From Okamejei kenojei (lineage: Eukaryota): a stretch of DNA of 64,000 nucleotides. Positions 12,585 to 25,914 of this stretch are shown here, piece by piece. Where the stretch lies: positions 35,030,001 through 35,094,000 of the forward strand of contig CM069150.1 of NCBI GenBank assembly GCA_035221665.1, read 5' to 3'. The notes under the pieces are model-generated. The model did no database searches, was not told where the DNA came from, and saw only the letters and a list, made by a program, of their open reading frames with translations. The number at the start of each line of letters is the position of its first letter. Position 1 is the first letter of the stretch. Position numbers and translations under genes: made by a program.

Positions 12585-13999
12585 TAGAGCCGGGATTTTG
12601 CCATAAATGCCATGTGCCTTTTCATGCCTTTTTTTTGATGGTTTCAGGAAGATAATGCCTTTTTCGTGTTTGCCTCAATCAGCATTTTTTTGCCATTTAC
12701 CGGGGCAAAACCCGGCTTTAAGTAGGTGTGAAATGGTGATTGGGGAGGAGTAGGTGGGGAAGGATCCACTTACTCCTCCCTTTCCTTGGCAGCTCTGATT
12801 CCTCTTCTCAGCTTGTACTTGGCCTGCCTGTAGAGGTCTGCATCCCCGTTCCTGTAGGATCTACCCCTGCAAGCGTCAAAATGCCTAAAGTCTAGCCAAC
12901 GCCTTGTAAAAAACTGAACGATTTGGTGAGAGTGTACGGGAGTGATATATTCTCGACAGACAACTGTGTGCTGTTTTGCAAAGCATGTGAGAAAGCAGTG
13001 AATCATGAGAAGAAATATTTTGCCTCCCAGCATGTACGGACAGCTAAACACAAGTCGGCGGCAGAGAAACTGAAGGTAGGAAATACGCAAGCCTGTCTCC
13101 TCACAACATTTACTGCTGGCTCCAGTTGCAAATCTGAGTTTTCGAGTGATCTGGGCAAAGCATTCATTGATGCTGGAATTCCACTGTGGAAATTGGAAAA
13201 CAAATCTCTCAGAGGTTTTTTAGGGAAATACACAGAGGAACATATACCAAGCGAGTCATCATTACGGAAAAATTATGTTGACAGCAACTTCAACATTGTT
13301 GTGCAGAAAATTAGAGATGAAGTTGCACGCAACAAAATATGGATCTCAATAGACAAGACAACCAATGCTGTGGGGAGATATGTTGCCAATGTGGTCATCG
13401 GTACACTGGAAGCAGGTCAACCATCAAAGGAGTATTTCTTGTCAGAAGTATTGGAGAAGTCAAAAAGCACAACTATTGCTCAGTTGTTTACATCTTCACT
13501 TGCTGTACTTTGTACTTAAAGTTCCTGGCGATGTAGGTAAAGACATAGAAGGAAAATATGAGAGAGTGATTTTAGCTAACAAAGATCTTGAAGAAATACT
13601 AAGAAATACATAGCTAAAGTTCTCAAAGATATTTGTAATGCACAAGATATCAACGTGAATGTAGAGTTTGTACCTTGTTTCAGGTGTGCACTAGTGACCT
13701 TAGCTGGGGTAGAAATACATTTTTCACAACTGAAGCATATTCTGTCTGACCGACGGCATAGTTTAACACCAGATAATTTGATAAAAATGCTAGTATTTAT
13801 GTGCAACCAGGCAACTTTGGTAATTTAATGTAGTATACCTTTATATTATTATTTTTAACCATATTTTGGTGGAGGAAATTAATGCCTTTTTATGCCTTTT
13901 TTGTCAATAAATGCCTTTTTCATACCTTTTTTGTCATTTTATTATGCCTTTTTGCCTGCCTATTTCAGAGATTTTTAGTGCCTAAACATCCTGGCTCTA
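12585..13999 (+). mobile_element. Internally deleted hAT-superfamily DNA transposon with CGGBP1-like transposase
   Basis: TIRs tagagccgggat / atcctggctcta; probable degenerate 8-bp TSD gttataac / gttttaaa; subterminal tgcctttt repeats at both ends; transposase remnant inside. Confidence 0.85.
12881..13828 (+). pseudogene. CGGBP1-like hAT transposase pseudogene
   Basis: MPKV*PTPCKKLNDLVRVYGSDIFSTDNCVLFCKACEK...SQHVRTAKH (C2H2/BED-like finger), AGIPLWKLEN, IWISIDKTTNAVGRYVANVVIG, then after a deletion the C-terminal dimerisation-like FSQLKHILSDRRHSLTPDNLIKMLVFMCN; in-frame stop at codon 5. Confidence 0.85.
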
Positions 14000-14009
14000 G
14001 TTTTAAACT

Positions 14010-14291
14010 ACAGTGGCACAGCTTGTAGAGCTGCTGCCTCATGCTGCCAGAGACATGGGTTTGATGCTGACTTCAGGTGCAGTCAGTGTGGAGTTTGCAC
14101 AATCTCCCTATGACTGAGTGGGTTTCGTCTGGGTGCTCCGGTTTCATCCCACATTCCAAAGGTTTGTAGGTTAATTGGCCTCTGTTAAAAACAATAAAAG
14201 ATTCCCTTAGAGTGTAGGGAGCGGATGCAAAAGTGGAATAACATAGATCTAGTGTGAACGGGTAATTGATGGTCGGTATGGACTAAACTAA
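14010..14291 (+). mobile_element. V-SINE/HE1-type tRNA-derived SINE
   Basis: A box-like tggcacagcttg, B box-like ggtttgatgc, V-domain gggtgctccggtttc, tail actaaactaaac. Confidence 0.85.
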
Positions 14292-15663
14292 ACATTTTGA
14301 AATATAAGTACTGCTGTGTTTTAGACAAAATTTGGGTGATGAATTTGTACACATTGATATTATTTCGGTAATTGTATGTAAGATTAATGGTTAGTTCCTC
14401 ATGATTGTGCATTTAGATAAGAAAAAGTGTCCAGGGCATAGTCAGAACTTGCTACAAGAAGAGAGCGAGCAAGCAGGACATTTCATGCCAATTTCAACAA
14501 TGAGCGCTCTCTTAATATTGGAGAGAAATGCTAGTTCATGCGTGTGAAGCGATTACTTTCTAAGATAAGACCACTGTAAATTGATGCTTGCCTTTGATGT
14601 TGAACTTTTTGTTGTTTCTTGATCCATTTTTGTTAATACATTTCAGTATATTTCCAAAAATGTATGTGCCTTTCAGGTGATTTTTCTATAATTTCAAGAT
14701 TGAATATACTAGTGCTTGAATGGCATTTCAATTCATCCCGAGAACCATATCCTCCACCTGTGCATACTTCCGCTTTCTTCAACAGTATCTTTCCAGTTTC
14801 TCCGTCGGGTTGGCTAATTATGTTCTGGTTTGGTGCACGTTTCTGGTGCTTGTGCAATAATGGGGAACTAGATTGAGAATGCCTCACCTCAATTTACATA
14901 TCTTGGATATGATGAAGAGGGGAGCTTTTCATTGTACCAGACTGATTGCATTTCAATATACTGGACTGTCTTCAAATCCAAGTCCTAAATGATGGTGTTG
15001 AAAAACCATTGTATTGTCTAAATTTAAGGGATGTTTTAAAAGTGACAGCAGTTGGGAATTGGACACATTGCACTGATGAGGCTCAAAGGAAAGTGTCTGC
15101 GAGGCACTATTGCAACACTCCCAAGCCTGTACTTTCCAATTGGGAGGCTTTTTTTCCCCCCACTTCAAACTAATTCCTCGCAGCTGAATTATGTTACTCA
15201 AGAACCAATGGAAAAATATGGTAGGACAAGTTTAAAACTAAAAAGACCAACCCTAGTCAGAAATGTGCACAAAATAACTATACGGGGAATCAATAACAGC
15301 TATTGAGTATTCTAGTCCAGGAATCGTACGCAAGACATTAACAAATCACATCTGCTCAGTGAAATATTGTCAGCCAGTGTTTTAGAGTGAAGCCACTAAA
15401 ACCAATTATTTTGTTAAGTAAATTTAATGGAATAATCATTTGATTCCTCTTTTTTTTCATCCTTAATGTACTAATTATTTCATAATAAAGCTCAAAAATC
15501 CTCTTGTAACTGAACCTCAAATTATACCTATCCAAAGACTGCCACTGTGTTTAGGAGTTGCATTCTATTCCATTACATCATGCTTTTGGGTCATTGCCCC
15601 AGATATTTGCAAGGCCCATAGTACTAAATCAGCAAGGGTGCAAGGAAGAGTGAAGTAAAGATG

Positions 15664-15835
15664 TGTAGAAAGAAACTGCAGATACTGGTTTACACCAAAG
15701 ATAGACACAAAACCAATTAACACGGCGGGTCTGGCAGTATCTCTGGAGAAAAGGAATAGGTGACGTCATCTATTCCTTTTCTCCAGAGATACTGCCTGAC
15801 CCGCTGAGTTACTCCAACATTTTGTGTCCACCTTC
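15664..15835. mobile_element. Fold-back Penelope-terminus element with 15-bp TSD
   Basis: gcagtatctctggagaaaaggaatagg-tgacgtca-tctattcctttttctccagagatactgc palindrome; flanks agtgaagtaaagatg (15649-15663) / agtgaagttaagatg (15836-15850). Confidence 0.85.
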
Positions 15836-15931
15836 AGTGAAGTTAAGATGATGGGTGTGTAAGATGTTGAGGTGGTTAGCCTCATGGGCAGACTGAATAT
15901 CAGTGGAAAAGGCCCTGCGGAGATCTGGCAC

Positions 15932-16590
15932 TCAAGTCACGTCAAGTCAAATTTATTGTCGTATGCATAAGTATGATGAGGTACAGGTAAAATGAAAATC
16001 CTTATTGAAGCAGTAAGACATTGACTCGAACAACACACCAGAACCAAATCACACACTAATTCTGCCATGAAAAGAAAAGGACTACATAAACAAGATATTA
16101 CGCAAAATACAATTACAACACAATTCCATGGTAGTGCAAGTGGTGGCCCATGGTGTTACATTGCTGAGATAGTATTATACAGGTTATACAGGTTGATTCA
16201 AGAACCTGATGATTGTAGGAAAGTAATTGTATCGGTTCCTGGCGGTGTGGCATCATCAGAATCAGCGAGAAGTGCCCAATCACATCAGCGAGAAGAGGCC
16301 ATAGCCTAGATGGGGGGGGGGGGGGGGGGTGGTATCCTTGTAGATAGATGCTGCCATATTGAAGCAGCACCTTGTCTAGATACTTTGGATGGTGGGGAGA
16401 GCTGTGCCTGTTGAGGAACAGGCTTCGCTCACCACTCTGCAGCCTCTGGTATTGCTGCATATTGGATTTGCTGTACCAGGCCTCAACCACCTGGGTGCTT
16501 TCTACAATGCATACTCTTAAGTTTGTTAGAGTATTCGGTGATATCCGAAATCTCTTGACACTTCAAAGAAAGTAGAGGCACTGGCGAGTA
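15932..16590 (-). mobile_element. Degenerate Rex1/Babar-like LINE 3' part
   Basis: tcaagtc..gtcaagtcaaatttattgtc is the reverse complement of the aataaa(CTTGA)n tail at 3541-3563; degenerate RT C-terminus. Confidence 0.65.
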
Positions 16591-16974
16591 GAGAACGGGA
16601 AAGGGGAGAACATCAGAGGAGGGGGTGGGAGGAGTGAGTGGGTGGGAGGAGGGGGTGGGAGGGATTAGAAGGGAGATTGCAGGTGATCAAGGTTAGATTG
16701 GCAGTAAGTAGTAAGTAGGTAAGTAATTTTTATTTATATGGCACTTTTAAATCAAATCATTTTGAAGCCAAAGTGATTTACAGAGAAAAAAATTAGATGA
16801 CCATACATCCATATAAAATAAAAAAGAAGAAAAAAGACACAATACACCATTGGATTCAACATGAACATCAAAGTGAGGGAATTACAAATTAAGGAGAACA
16901 ATCGGTTTAAGGGTGCATCAGGGAGACACCGTCTGTTTATGGGAACGTTAATAAGGTAACTTGGTGAACTACAT

Positions 16975-17247
16975 TTAGTTTAGTTTGGAGATACAGCAGG
17001 GAAAGATGACCTTCGACCCACCGATCGACCCCATATACAAACACTATCCTACACACTAGGGACAATTCACAATTTTACCAAAGCCAATTAACATACAAAC
17101 CTGTACATCCTTGGAGTGTGGGAGAAAACCGGAGCACCCGGAGAAAACCCACATGGTCACAGGGAGCACTCCTGACAGACAGCACCCATAGTCAGGATCA
17201 ATACTGGGTCTCTGACGCTGTGGGGCAGCAACTCTGCCACTGTGCCA
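16975..17247 (-). mobile_element. V-SINE/HE1-type SINE
   Basis: tttagtttagtttggagatacag tail; ggagaaaaccggagcacccggagaaaaccc V-domain; gcaactctgccactgtgcca head. Confidence 0.88.
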
Positions 17248-20200
17248 TCCTCAAACTGTGGCTACATCTGTCCCATAAGAAGTGCTGGAGAAGCATTTAA
17301 TTTAATTTGTCCATCCAGCAGACTTTGCCTCCCTTTAGTTTCCAAGCCCTGGCAAGCCAACCAAAACTGGAAGAGCGATAAAAAGACAATGAATAGCCCT
17401 TGTCCTATCGAGGGGCTCGTTAGTTCACCAATCTGCTTCACCCGACTTCATCTTTGTATCTTCAATAGTAGCAGCAGGTTTAAGGTGGTGTGGACTGGAG
17501 TTAGGAATGATCAATCCATCGGTGAAACTCCCATTTTTGGAGGTTGGAATGACACCCCCATTTGTTCTAATTTAAACCTGCCTTGCTAGTTCCAATGATT
17601 CAGATGCATGTCAAATTTGCATGACACCCTTTGAAGAATGATATAATTTCCTTGTGCACTGGTCAGCACTCTCCCTTTGGCCAACGTCTCCAAAAGATTG
17701 ATTAACTAGATGCTCATTTAATTACTTTATCATCGTACATACCAACAGTCACTGCATTAGGGTAATTCATTATGTATAAATCATTTTGAACAGAAAGAGA
17801 AGGCACTAGATGGCTGACAGTTCACTTGTCTGAATACTTTTTTTTTGCAGAATTAACAAATTAACTTCAATGTCTGTGTCCTGAATGTTATATTCAAAAT
17901 TTATTTGTGTTTTTGCTGTGTTCTTTTACGTGATGTTCTCGGTGTAACGCCGATGAAAAAGGATGGAGCTCCTGCTGGTAAGAATCACCATTGTTCTCCT
18001 GTTCTTCACTGGCGTTATCAGCAGTTGCCAAAGTGAAAGAGATAAATTGTGATGCTCACCTTCTTGGTCAAGCTGATTTGTGCCAACTCCCAAGACTGAA
18101 GGCACAATCAATTGTAAAGCTTGGCTCGAGTCATACATCAGTTCACAACTGTCCAACTCCATGACGTGATGACAGACTAGCTCTTCCCAGAAACCAATAC
18201 AGATAATATAAGCTTTGAGATAACTAAATCAAATAGGTCGGTAGTTTCAAATACTTGCCATGAGGTATCTGGGTTTCGATGGTGGATTTACTGCGTTTCC
18301 AAAGCTAGTTTTTGAAACATGACCTTTTTTTCACCTAACCTCACTTCTCATCATCGAACAGTAGACGTGGTTGAACACACAGCCTCTGAAAACAACGCCG
18401 CGGTTTGCTGGCATTCAAACTGTGCACACATTCATCAGATATCCTCCTCTCCATCACTTCACCGGGGTGCCAACCGCATGAAATAAAAAAAAGTGAAGTA
18501 TTTCAGTCAAGTGTAAAGGATATCTGTACGCTCTCATCCCACGTGTAACATCAATACCTACATTTTCTTTCACTTCACATTAGAAATGTACTAAAAATGT
18601 AAACATTTATCGTGTTCTCCCGATCTTTACTTTATGAAGCTACAGCGGTTTTGAGAATGCTTCACAAGCCAGCTCTTTCTTTTAAGAGACTGAGTAGTGT
18701 TTTTTGCTGGATAAAAGACACTTTCATTCTAGTACCATTTATTCACTCCAATACATTACTTATAATGGGTATTTCTGAGGATTAAGAGCTGCAATGTTTC
18801 TGTTTTGTTGGCACTAAGACATGGTCATGCACAGCATTTCCTATAAATTATTAGCACCACGACTACATTTGTTAAACAAATTTGAATTATTTTACTGTCC
18901 CCTGTTTTCAAAATTTGTTATAAATATGTTTCATAGAAATTACCATTTATTTTGTTCCCCTGCATCCATAATTTTAGTGCCTCTGCCTACTATATAAATA
19001 TAAAGGATGGATTTTCCAATAGATTTTACATCTCTCATCTGCCAATATTTCTGTTTGTCTTTTATTCATTTTCCAGGATACCAACTGTCCTTCCTCTTAT
19101 CGGTATTTTTCTCATTTGGTGGTTATGTTTCAGAACTGTAAATTGTTATCTTTCGTTGGTCTTTTCCTTTTGTGCAATTTTTAATCATTCTCTCATCATT
19201 CATCTTGATAAGCCTCCAACTAAAAAACTCTTAACATGGGATTTACACAATTGCATGAATGAAAATCCAGAGCATAAATGCTTCCACTGCACAGAATGCA
19301 GCTGGCCTCAATCTACTTGACATGACAGCATCTTATATCAAATGATAAAATCGTAACCTCCAAATGAAAATAATGCAGCTCATTATGTGGCAAAACATCA
19401 TTTAGTACTAAGACAAAAGCAAGCTATTCAACGGAAACCTAGAGAACAGCAGTATACCCTTCGCACTTCAAGAGTTAATTGATCACAGCCATTCTGGAGA
19501 GGCTAACGTGTCAGTTTAACCTTCTGCCTGGTACGGTGAATGCTTTTTAAGTGGTGGGAACAGCAGCTTTTTGTACAGAACATGAAGTGCTGAGAAATGT
19601 TTCTTGTAATGCATTATTAAGGATGTGTTAAGGTTGTTTGAGCGGAGACACTATGGAACAAAGTAATGCGGTTGTAAAAATGATAAACAAGAATTCAGGC
19701 TGTATTATTTTGCCCATAGCAAACTGGATGCGGCTCAGGGCAGTGTGGTAATTGGATAAAATGCTTCAGCTAAAATCTGCAGAGTTCATTTTCATTCCAG
19801 TGCATTTGAGACAGGCATGCCACAATATTTTGTTAGTTCAATGCAGAAAATGGTTTGGCAGGAAATACTCAATGAGCAACTTGGACTGCTCAGCTTATGC
19901 ACTGGTAAGTTAAGTATAGGAGGCCTGTGACAATGACGCTGTGCAATGATATTTGGTATCAACAGGATTTGAGTCACAGTAAGCTCCAACACGGTATGCT
20001 CAATTTAATAAAGAAAAAAATCATTCATCTGTTTGGCTGCTTCCTCTAAAGGGAGCATTTTCTCAATGCATTCACCATGTGTTGTGCAATGATTGCATAA
20101 ATGGAATACTTCATGCACCATGGGCATGTTTCCCCCAGACAGTTATTGAGAATTGAGGTTCTCGTCGATCTCTGAAATCGAACAGCACAACCTATAATTT

Positions 20201-20919
20201 CGGACCTTTGATGGAGCATTCTTCTGATCTTTCAAGAAGGAATCACGATCTCTCAAAAATTAACGTGTCGTGCAATTGTCAGTAATGGCAGATGTGACCA
20301 CTCACAGCGCCTTCTTTCAGTTCTTTAAGGAAGCATATGTTAAAAGCAGCATGTCCACTGTGAAACTGATTTGATGCTGGAGCAACTTCATTAAACTGTA
20401 TCTTCAGTGATCTTCCCATTGTGACCATAGAACGCTAGTTAAACTCTCTCACACTGCCAATCTTTGTATCTCCTCCAAAGTGGTCACTCTGATTGTTATC
20501 ATCAATGCTGTTAACCTAATATATCACAAAATTAAGTCAATAGGAAAAATAAACAATAAAACACATTGCATTCATCACTTCTTTCCAGGTAAGATATGGA
20601 GGCAAACCTTAGATCAAATGAATCCAGTTAAGATGTAACTGACACTTATTATTAACACATTCCAGTTACAATTAAGTCGTGTCAGTAATCCTTGCTGATT
20701 TCTCTCACATATTTTTGTGAAGGTTTGAAAAATATGTTTAGATATTCAATACATATTTAAAATTCTTAAATGGCGTTGAGATATCTGCTCAAATGTATAC
20801 ATCTGTCTATTTTTTTTAAATAATTTGGAAGCTGCTCTGAAATGTAATGTCAAATAATTAATTTATATATAAGTATGTATAAATGAAACATGCATTACCA
20901 TTAATTACTTTAATGACTG

Positions 20920-22620
20920 ATCCCTATCCCTTCTATCCCTTTGCCATTTTCCAGCACTGTCTTCACATCCCTTGGTTCCTTTAATGCCCAGAAATCTATC
21001 GATATGCATTTTGAACAAATGCAACAAATAAGTCTCCACAGCCCACCAGGGCAGAGAATTCTAAAGGTTTGCCAGGGCTCTCTGCCACCTAATTTCTCCT
21101 CATCTCAGTCCTTAACAGCCTACCCTGTATTCTCAAACTGTCTCCAGGTCCCAGACACCTTAAGCAAGCGAAAATATCCTGTCTTCTAGGCCCTGATAAA
21201 CGTTGTTCATTAAGTTCTCCCATTCTTCTAAACTCTAGTGAATACAGTGAATCCAACAACCCTGGAACCTGACACATCTTTGCTGCACGACTTTTATGAC
21301 AAGCATATTTTTTATTTGGTAACAAGACCAAAACCATACACAATACTCCAGCTGCGATCGCAGTGGTGGCGCAGGGGCAGCACAGTGGTGCAGCGTTAGA
21401 GTTGCTGCCTTACAGCGCCAGAGACCTGCGTTTGATCCTGACTATGGGTGCTGTCTGTACGGAGTTTGCATGTTCTCCCCATGACCTGGGTGGGTTTTCT
21501 CCGGGTGCTCCGATTTCCTTCCACATTCCAAAGACGTACAGGTTTGTAGGTTAATTGGCTAGATACAATTGTAAATTGACCCTGGTGTGTAGGATAGAGT
21601 TAGTGTGTGGGGATCACTGGTCGGCATGGGCTCGGTGGGCCGAAGGGCCTGTTTCCATTCTGTTTCTCTAAGCTAAACTAAACTAGACTAGACTAGATCC
21701 TGTGCAAATACAATAATATGTCCTTCCTCCTTTATATATCCTTTTGTAATTAAGGCCGATATACCGTTTTCTCACTTAACCGATTGCTGTTTCTGCACAT
21801 TGGTGTCCAGCAAGGTTCAAGCACACCAAAGTCCCGTTGAACATCAACATTATTCAACTCTCAACAATTAACATGCATTCCACTGTTTTATGCAAAAAGG
21901 AAATAGTCAGATATCTCCTCACATATTCCATCTGCCAGGTTCTTCACCACCTATTCAGTTTGCCCATATATTTACATCTACCTCAATACTCACGGTTCCA
22001 CCTCATTTAGTATCATCATCAGATTGTGAAAGACTGGGATTCAGGTACTAGATCCTGTGGTACCTCATTAGGTTGAGCTGCCATTTATTCCCAGTCTTTG
22101 CTCTGCATCTGATAACCAATTCTCAATGTTTGTCAGCATTTATCCCCAGTTCCATGTGTGCCTTGATGACCAACCTCCTGTGCAGGTCCTTATCAAATAT
22201 CTTTTGAAAATCCAAGTACACCACATGTATTGGCCATTCTGCTTGATACCTCCTCACAGAACATGAATTTATTTTCACTACCCGATGTTGACTCTGCACA
22301 ATCTTCTTATTTATCAGGGTCTTCATTATAGATTACTGTATTTCTGTTGGATAACAGGTCAGTAGTTTCATGTGTTTTCTCCCTCTTTCACTGAAAAGAT
22401 GGATCACCTTAGTCCTAATCCACAGAAACAATTTCAGAATCCATAGATATTTCAAAGGGGATACTATCTCAACAAACTCTGGAACTAAGATTTTAGGCAT
22501 TTATCCACTTTAAAACTGCCCACCTTCTTCAGTATATTTTTGATTGATACTAATTCCTTCATTTCTTCTTCTAGCTTGTCCCCTGGTTCTCTCAGATGTT
22601 CTGTGTGTTCTTCTCCAAAA
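20920..22620 (-). mobile_element. Old CR1 LINE, degenerate, interrupted by a SINE
   Basis: Remnants VVYLDFQKIFDKDLHRRLV (22123-22326 -) and LYSLEFRRMG...RTEMRRN (21089-21343 -). Confidence 0.75.
21362..21697 (+). mobile_element. V-SINE/HE1-type SINE, near full length
   Basis: tggtgcagcgttagagttgctgccttacagcgccagagacc..gtttgatcc head, V-domain, CR1-like tail, ctaaactaaactagactagactag. Confidence 0.92.
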
Positions 22621-22724
22621 GCAGATGTTTAGTAATTATTTAATATTTCTACCATTTTACGAGTAAGAGAAGTTTCATTGCTGTATTTTTCAATGAATCT
22701 TCACCAACACCAGAGGTGACATTT

Positions 22725-22968
22725 CTAAACACCTGGGGGACAACATTTTCACACAGAGGGTGATGGGTATATGGAACGAGCTGCCAGAGTAGGTGGTTGA
22801 GGCAGGTACTATAACAACATTTAAAAGACACTTGGACAGGTACATGGACAAGAAAGGTTTAGATGGATATGGGCCAAACATGGGCAGGTGGAACTAGTGT
22901 AGATTTGGCATCTTGGTTGGTATGGAAAAGTTGGGATGAAGGGTCTGTTCCCATACTGTATGACTATG
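22725..22968 (+). mobile_element. CR1 3' fragment
   Basis: ttcacacagagggtgatgggtatatggaacgagctgccaga...ctgtatgactatg. Confidence 0.85.
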
Positions 22969-25141
22969 TCCTCTACCTGTAGACTGAGGCAACTAAATTT
23001 CCTTTGGAGGTTGCGCTCCATGCAAAACTGGGAGTCAAACTAGCTGAAATACATCTGATATTTTGAGAGCAACTCTGCTTGATGGTACATCCCTTTGTTG
23101 GATGCATGATTTATGTATTTTGCATTACTTTTTTGTTTGAGGTCATTTGGAGGATGTTCTGAGAATATGATATCGGGACAGTGTCCAAGCGTTTTCATCT
23201 TGGTTTTCCAGACAAGGGAGTTAGCACTTTTGTAAGAGGCCCAATGATGCCATTGGATATGGGACCTCCCTGCTGCACATGTTTAGCCAAATACTCGATG
23301 GAGGAATAGATTGCAAAACCACCTCTGGAAAAATCCCTGTCAGGGCCTTTAAAACCTTAACTGATAGAATGAGCTGGGGTGTATATCCAAAATAAGGGGC
23401 AAAGAGTTTCACAGGTTTAAGCCATGCACTTGTAAAGTATCTCTGTCTCTGAGGACATTTCCAGATCAATCATTAATTCTAAGAGATTCCCGATTTTTCC
23501 TGGCTCTAAATGACTTGGAGTAAATAAAGAATTTACTGCATAGAATTTTTCAAAACAATTACTCTGCTCATTTTTTATTATAATTATCTGTAGTTTTAAG
23601 TACTTTGGTGATTTAGAATTGCTACCTATGGTAGAGACAGGTGTAAATGGTGACCTATGATCAGGAGATTAAATTGCAAGAGATAATTCATTTCATATTC
23701 ACTCTATTGCTGCAGTCTGGGCAAAAACCTCTCTCCGTGCCATTGATTAACTACACTCAGGAAATCTGTTCCTACTCATATTGATAAATGTGAGGAGGAA
23801 AACTGTTCCATTGAGATTGCACTTGGTTCTAATTGGGATGACCTGAAGTGAATGTGATTCTTCGCACTTTTCCATTCGCATCTGTCCTCTTTCAGTTCAT
23901 ACACCAGACGTCAGCACAAAATCAGTGGCATTGTTTCAATGTGTCTCCACAGTGACAGCAATGACTTTGTGTGATAAAACTACATCAAAACCCCTGGGTA
24001 TTGCTTCCAAATTTATATTCTTTGAAAAAAAATGAAGCCGAACACATTAATCCTATTTGCCCAACGATGTCAATTTATGTCCAATCTATTGTTGGTATCT
24101 AAGTTTAGCATTTCTACACACGAGTGCTCAAATATTTTGATGCAAAATCGTGCAGAAATGATAACAGGATGCTGGAACAAGGCACCCACCTAGGTGGCAC
24201 AGAGAATATACCATGAACTGCTGTGTACAAGAACTATATTCATCATGCAGAAATGCTTTGTAAAGGGATAATTTTAAAGTTACCTTAATGCCAGTGGCTG
24301 CACTGCTAAATATACTGTTTGATAAACATGAACTCAGATTCAAGTGGCTAAAATATTCACCACATCTGGATTGAATTGACATTGTCCTTCGGGAAGGATA
24401 AAGAAATGTCATTGTATAGAAGCAGTAGGGGTGAAGGCATATTATTGCCTCAAACTGAGTATACGGGTACCGATATTGCATTTAATCTTTGATTTCTTGA
24501 TGCCAGTGCATTTGGAAATAAAATTTCTGCAAAGCATATCATTCCCCAGTTCTATCATGTAGTACTCACAAATTAAACTTTAAGCAAGATGCAGGAATTT
24601 AGTAGTTGCACATTAGCCAATAAACATTAAAAATATTTGTGAATATAGAATCTAAACAGATAACTCGGTAACTTGATATGATCAGAGATTACATCCAATG
24701 GATGTTACATCAGCATAAAATGTTTCCTTGACAAGGTTATCGTGCCCTCTGAAATGGTGAGGGGATGAATTTTCTTTCTGATCCCATTAAAAAGTGTAAT
24801 CTAAAGGCCACAATTTATTTCAAATACTACTTCTCTTTTATTAAGAAGCTCATTGTGGGAAAAAAAAAACAGATAGCTGGACACTCATTTCAGAGCTGAA
24901 GAATGGAAAAGCTGGATGTCTTGCCAAACTTTTGCTAAATGTAAATTATCCTTCCCCCAGCCAGGGGACCCTCTGCAGACAAAGGATAAAACCCATGATG
25001 TTAGTGGGCTCATATGTATGACTTACTAAGGCTACGTAACGGTAGTCAAGGCGTTTCCTTTGATTAACCTGACTTCAGAGGTGCAGTATTCTAATTTAAA
25101 TTGCATTGCAGTGTAATTGAGGCATCCGGTGCACTGGTTAA

Positions 25142-25585
25142 ATAGAGTCATTGAGTCAAACAACACAGAAACTTCGTTCCAGCATAATGACATCCTTCCT
25201 AAAGTACGGAGAGCAAAACTAAACATGATACTCAAAATGCGGCCCCACCAACGTCTTGTACAATTGTAACATAACGTCCCGATTTATATACATTACCCTT
25301 CACGATGAAAGCTAATGTACCAAAAGTCTTCTTTATCACTCTATCTATCTAGGGCACCACATTCAGGAAACTACGTACCTTTATTCCCAGACATTCCCCG
25401 CGTCATCCCACCTCACCCCTCTCCCTTCCCCCTCAATTCCACAATACACCGCAAGGTCCTACCATTGTACTGGCCAGGCTTGGCTTCCCAAAATGTAACT
25501 CCTTGCACTTATCTGCATTAAACCTTATTAGCCATTCCTCAGCCCACTTGCCCAGGCCAGCTGATCAAGGTCCTGCTGTAATATA
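25142..25585 (-). mobile_element. CR1 fragments (tail plus RT C-terminal piece)
   Basis: atagagtcattgagtcaaacaacacagaaac tail; atgatactcaaaatgcggccccaccaacgtcttgtacaattg is the reverse of a LYKTLVxPHxEY-type motif. Confidence 0.65.
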
Positions 25586-25914
25586 TGGCAGAAGAAAAGA
25601 TGTAGACTGAGATGAATATTCCTTGAAATGTTTCAGAGCTTCTGGAGGTGTATTGGTACATTTAGTTCTACAACAATATATTGGAACTCCAAAATCGTGC
25701 TCCTTCTTTCTGTCCCAAGGATTTGCATGCATCCCACCTCCTCCAACCCACATACAGTATCTGTAAATTGTACCTCCCTTCCTGGGTACTATTTCATCAG
25801 TAGCTAATTGAAATCGTAATACGCCATCAATATTGGCATCTGACACTCGTTTGCTTTGGGTGGGACAACAGTTAACTCCATGGAACTGAAACACAAAGAG
25901 CTCATTACCACATG

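Noticed and set aside
14633-15306. Overlapping 70-84 aa ORFs in unique DNA
   Set aside because: No recognisable homology or consistent exon structure; lengths are compatible with chance
21362-21445. tRNA-like A/B boxes
   Set aside because: SINE head rather than a tRNA gene; continues into the V-domain and CR1-like tail
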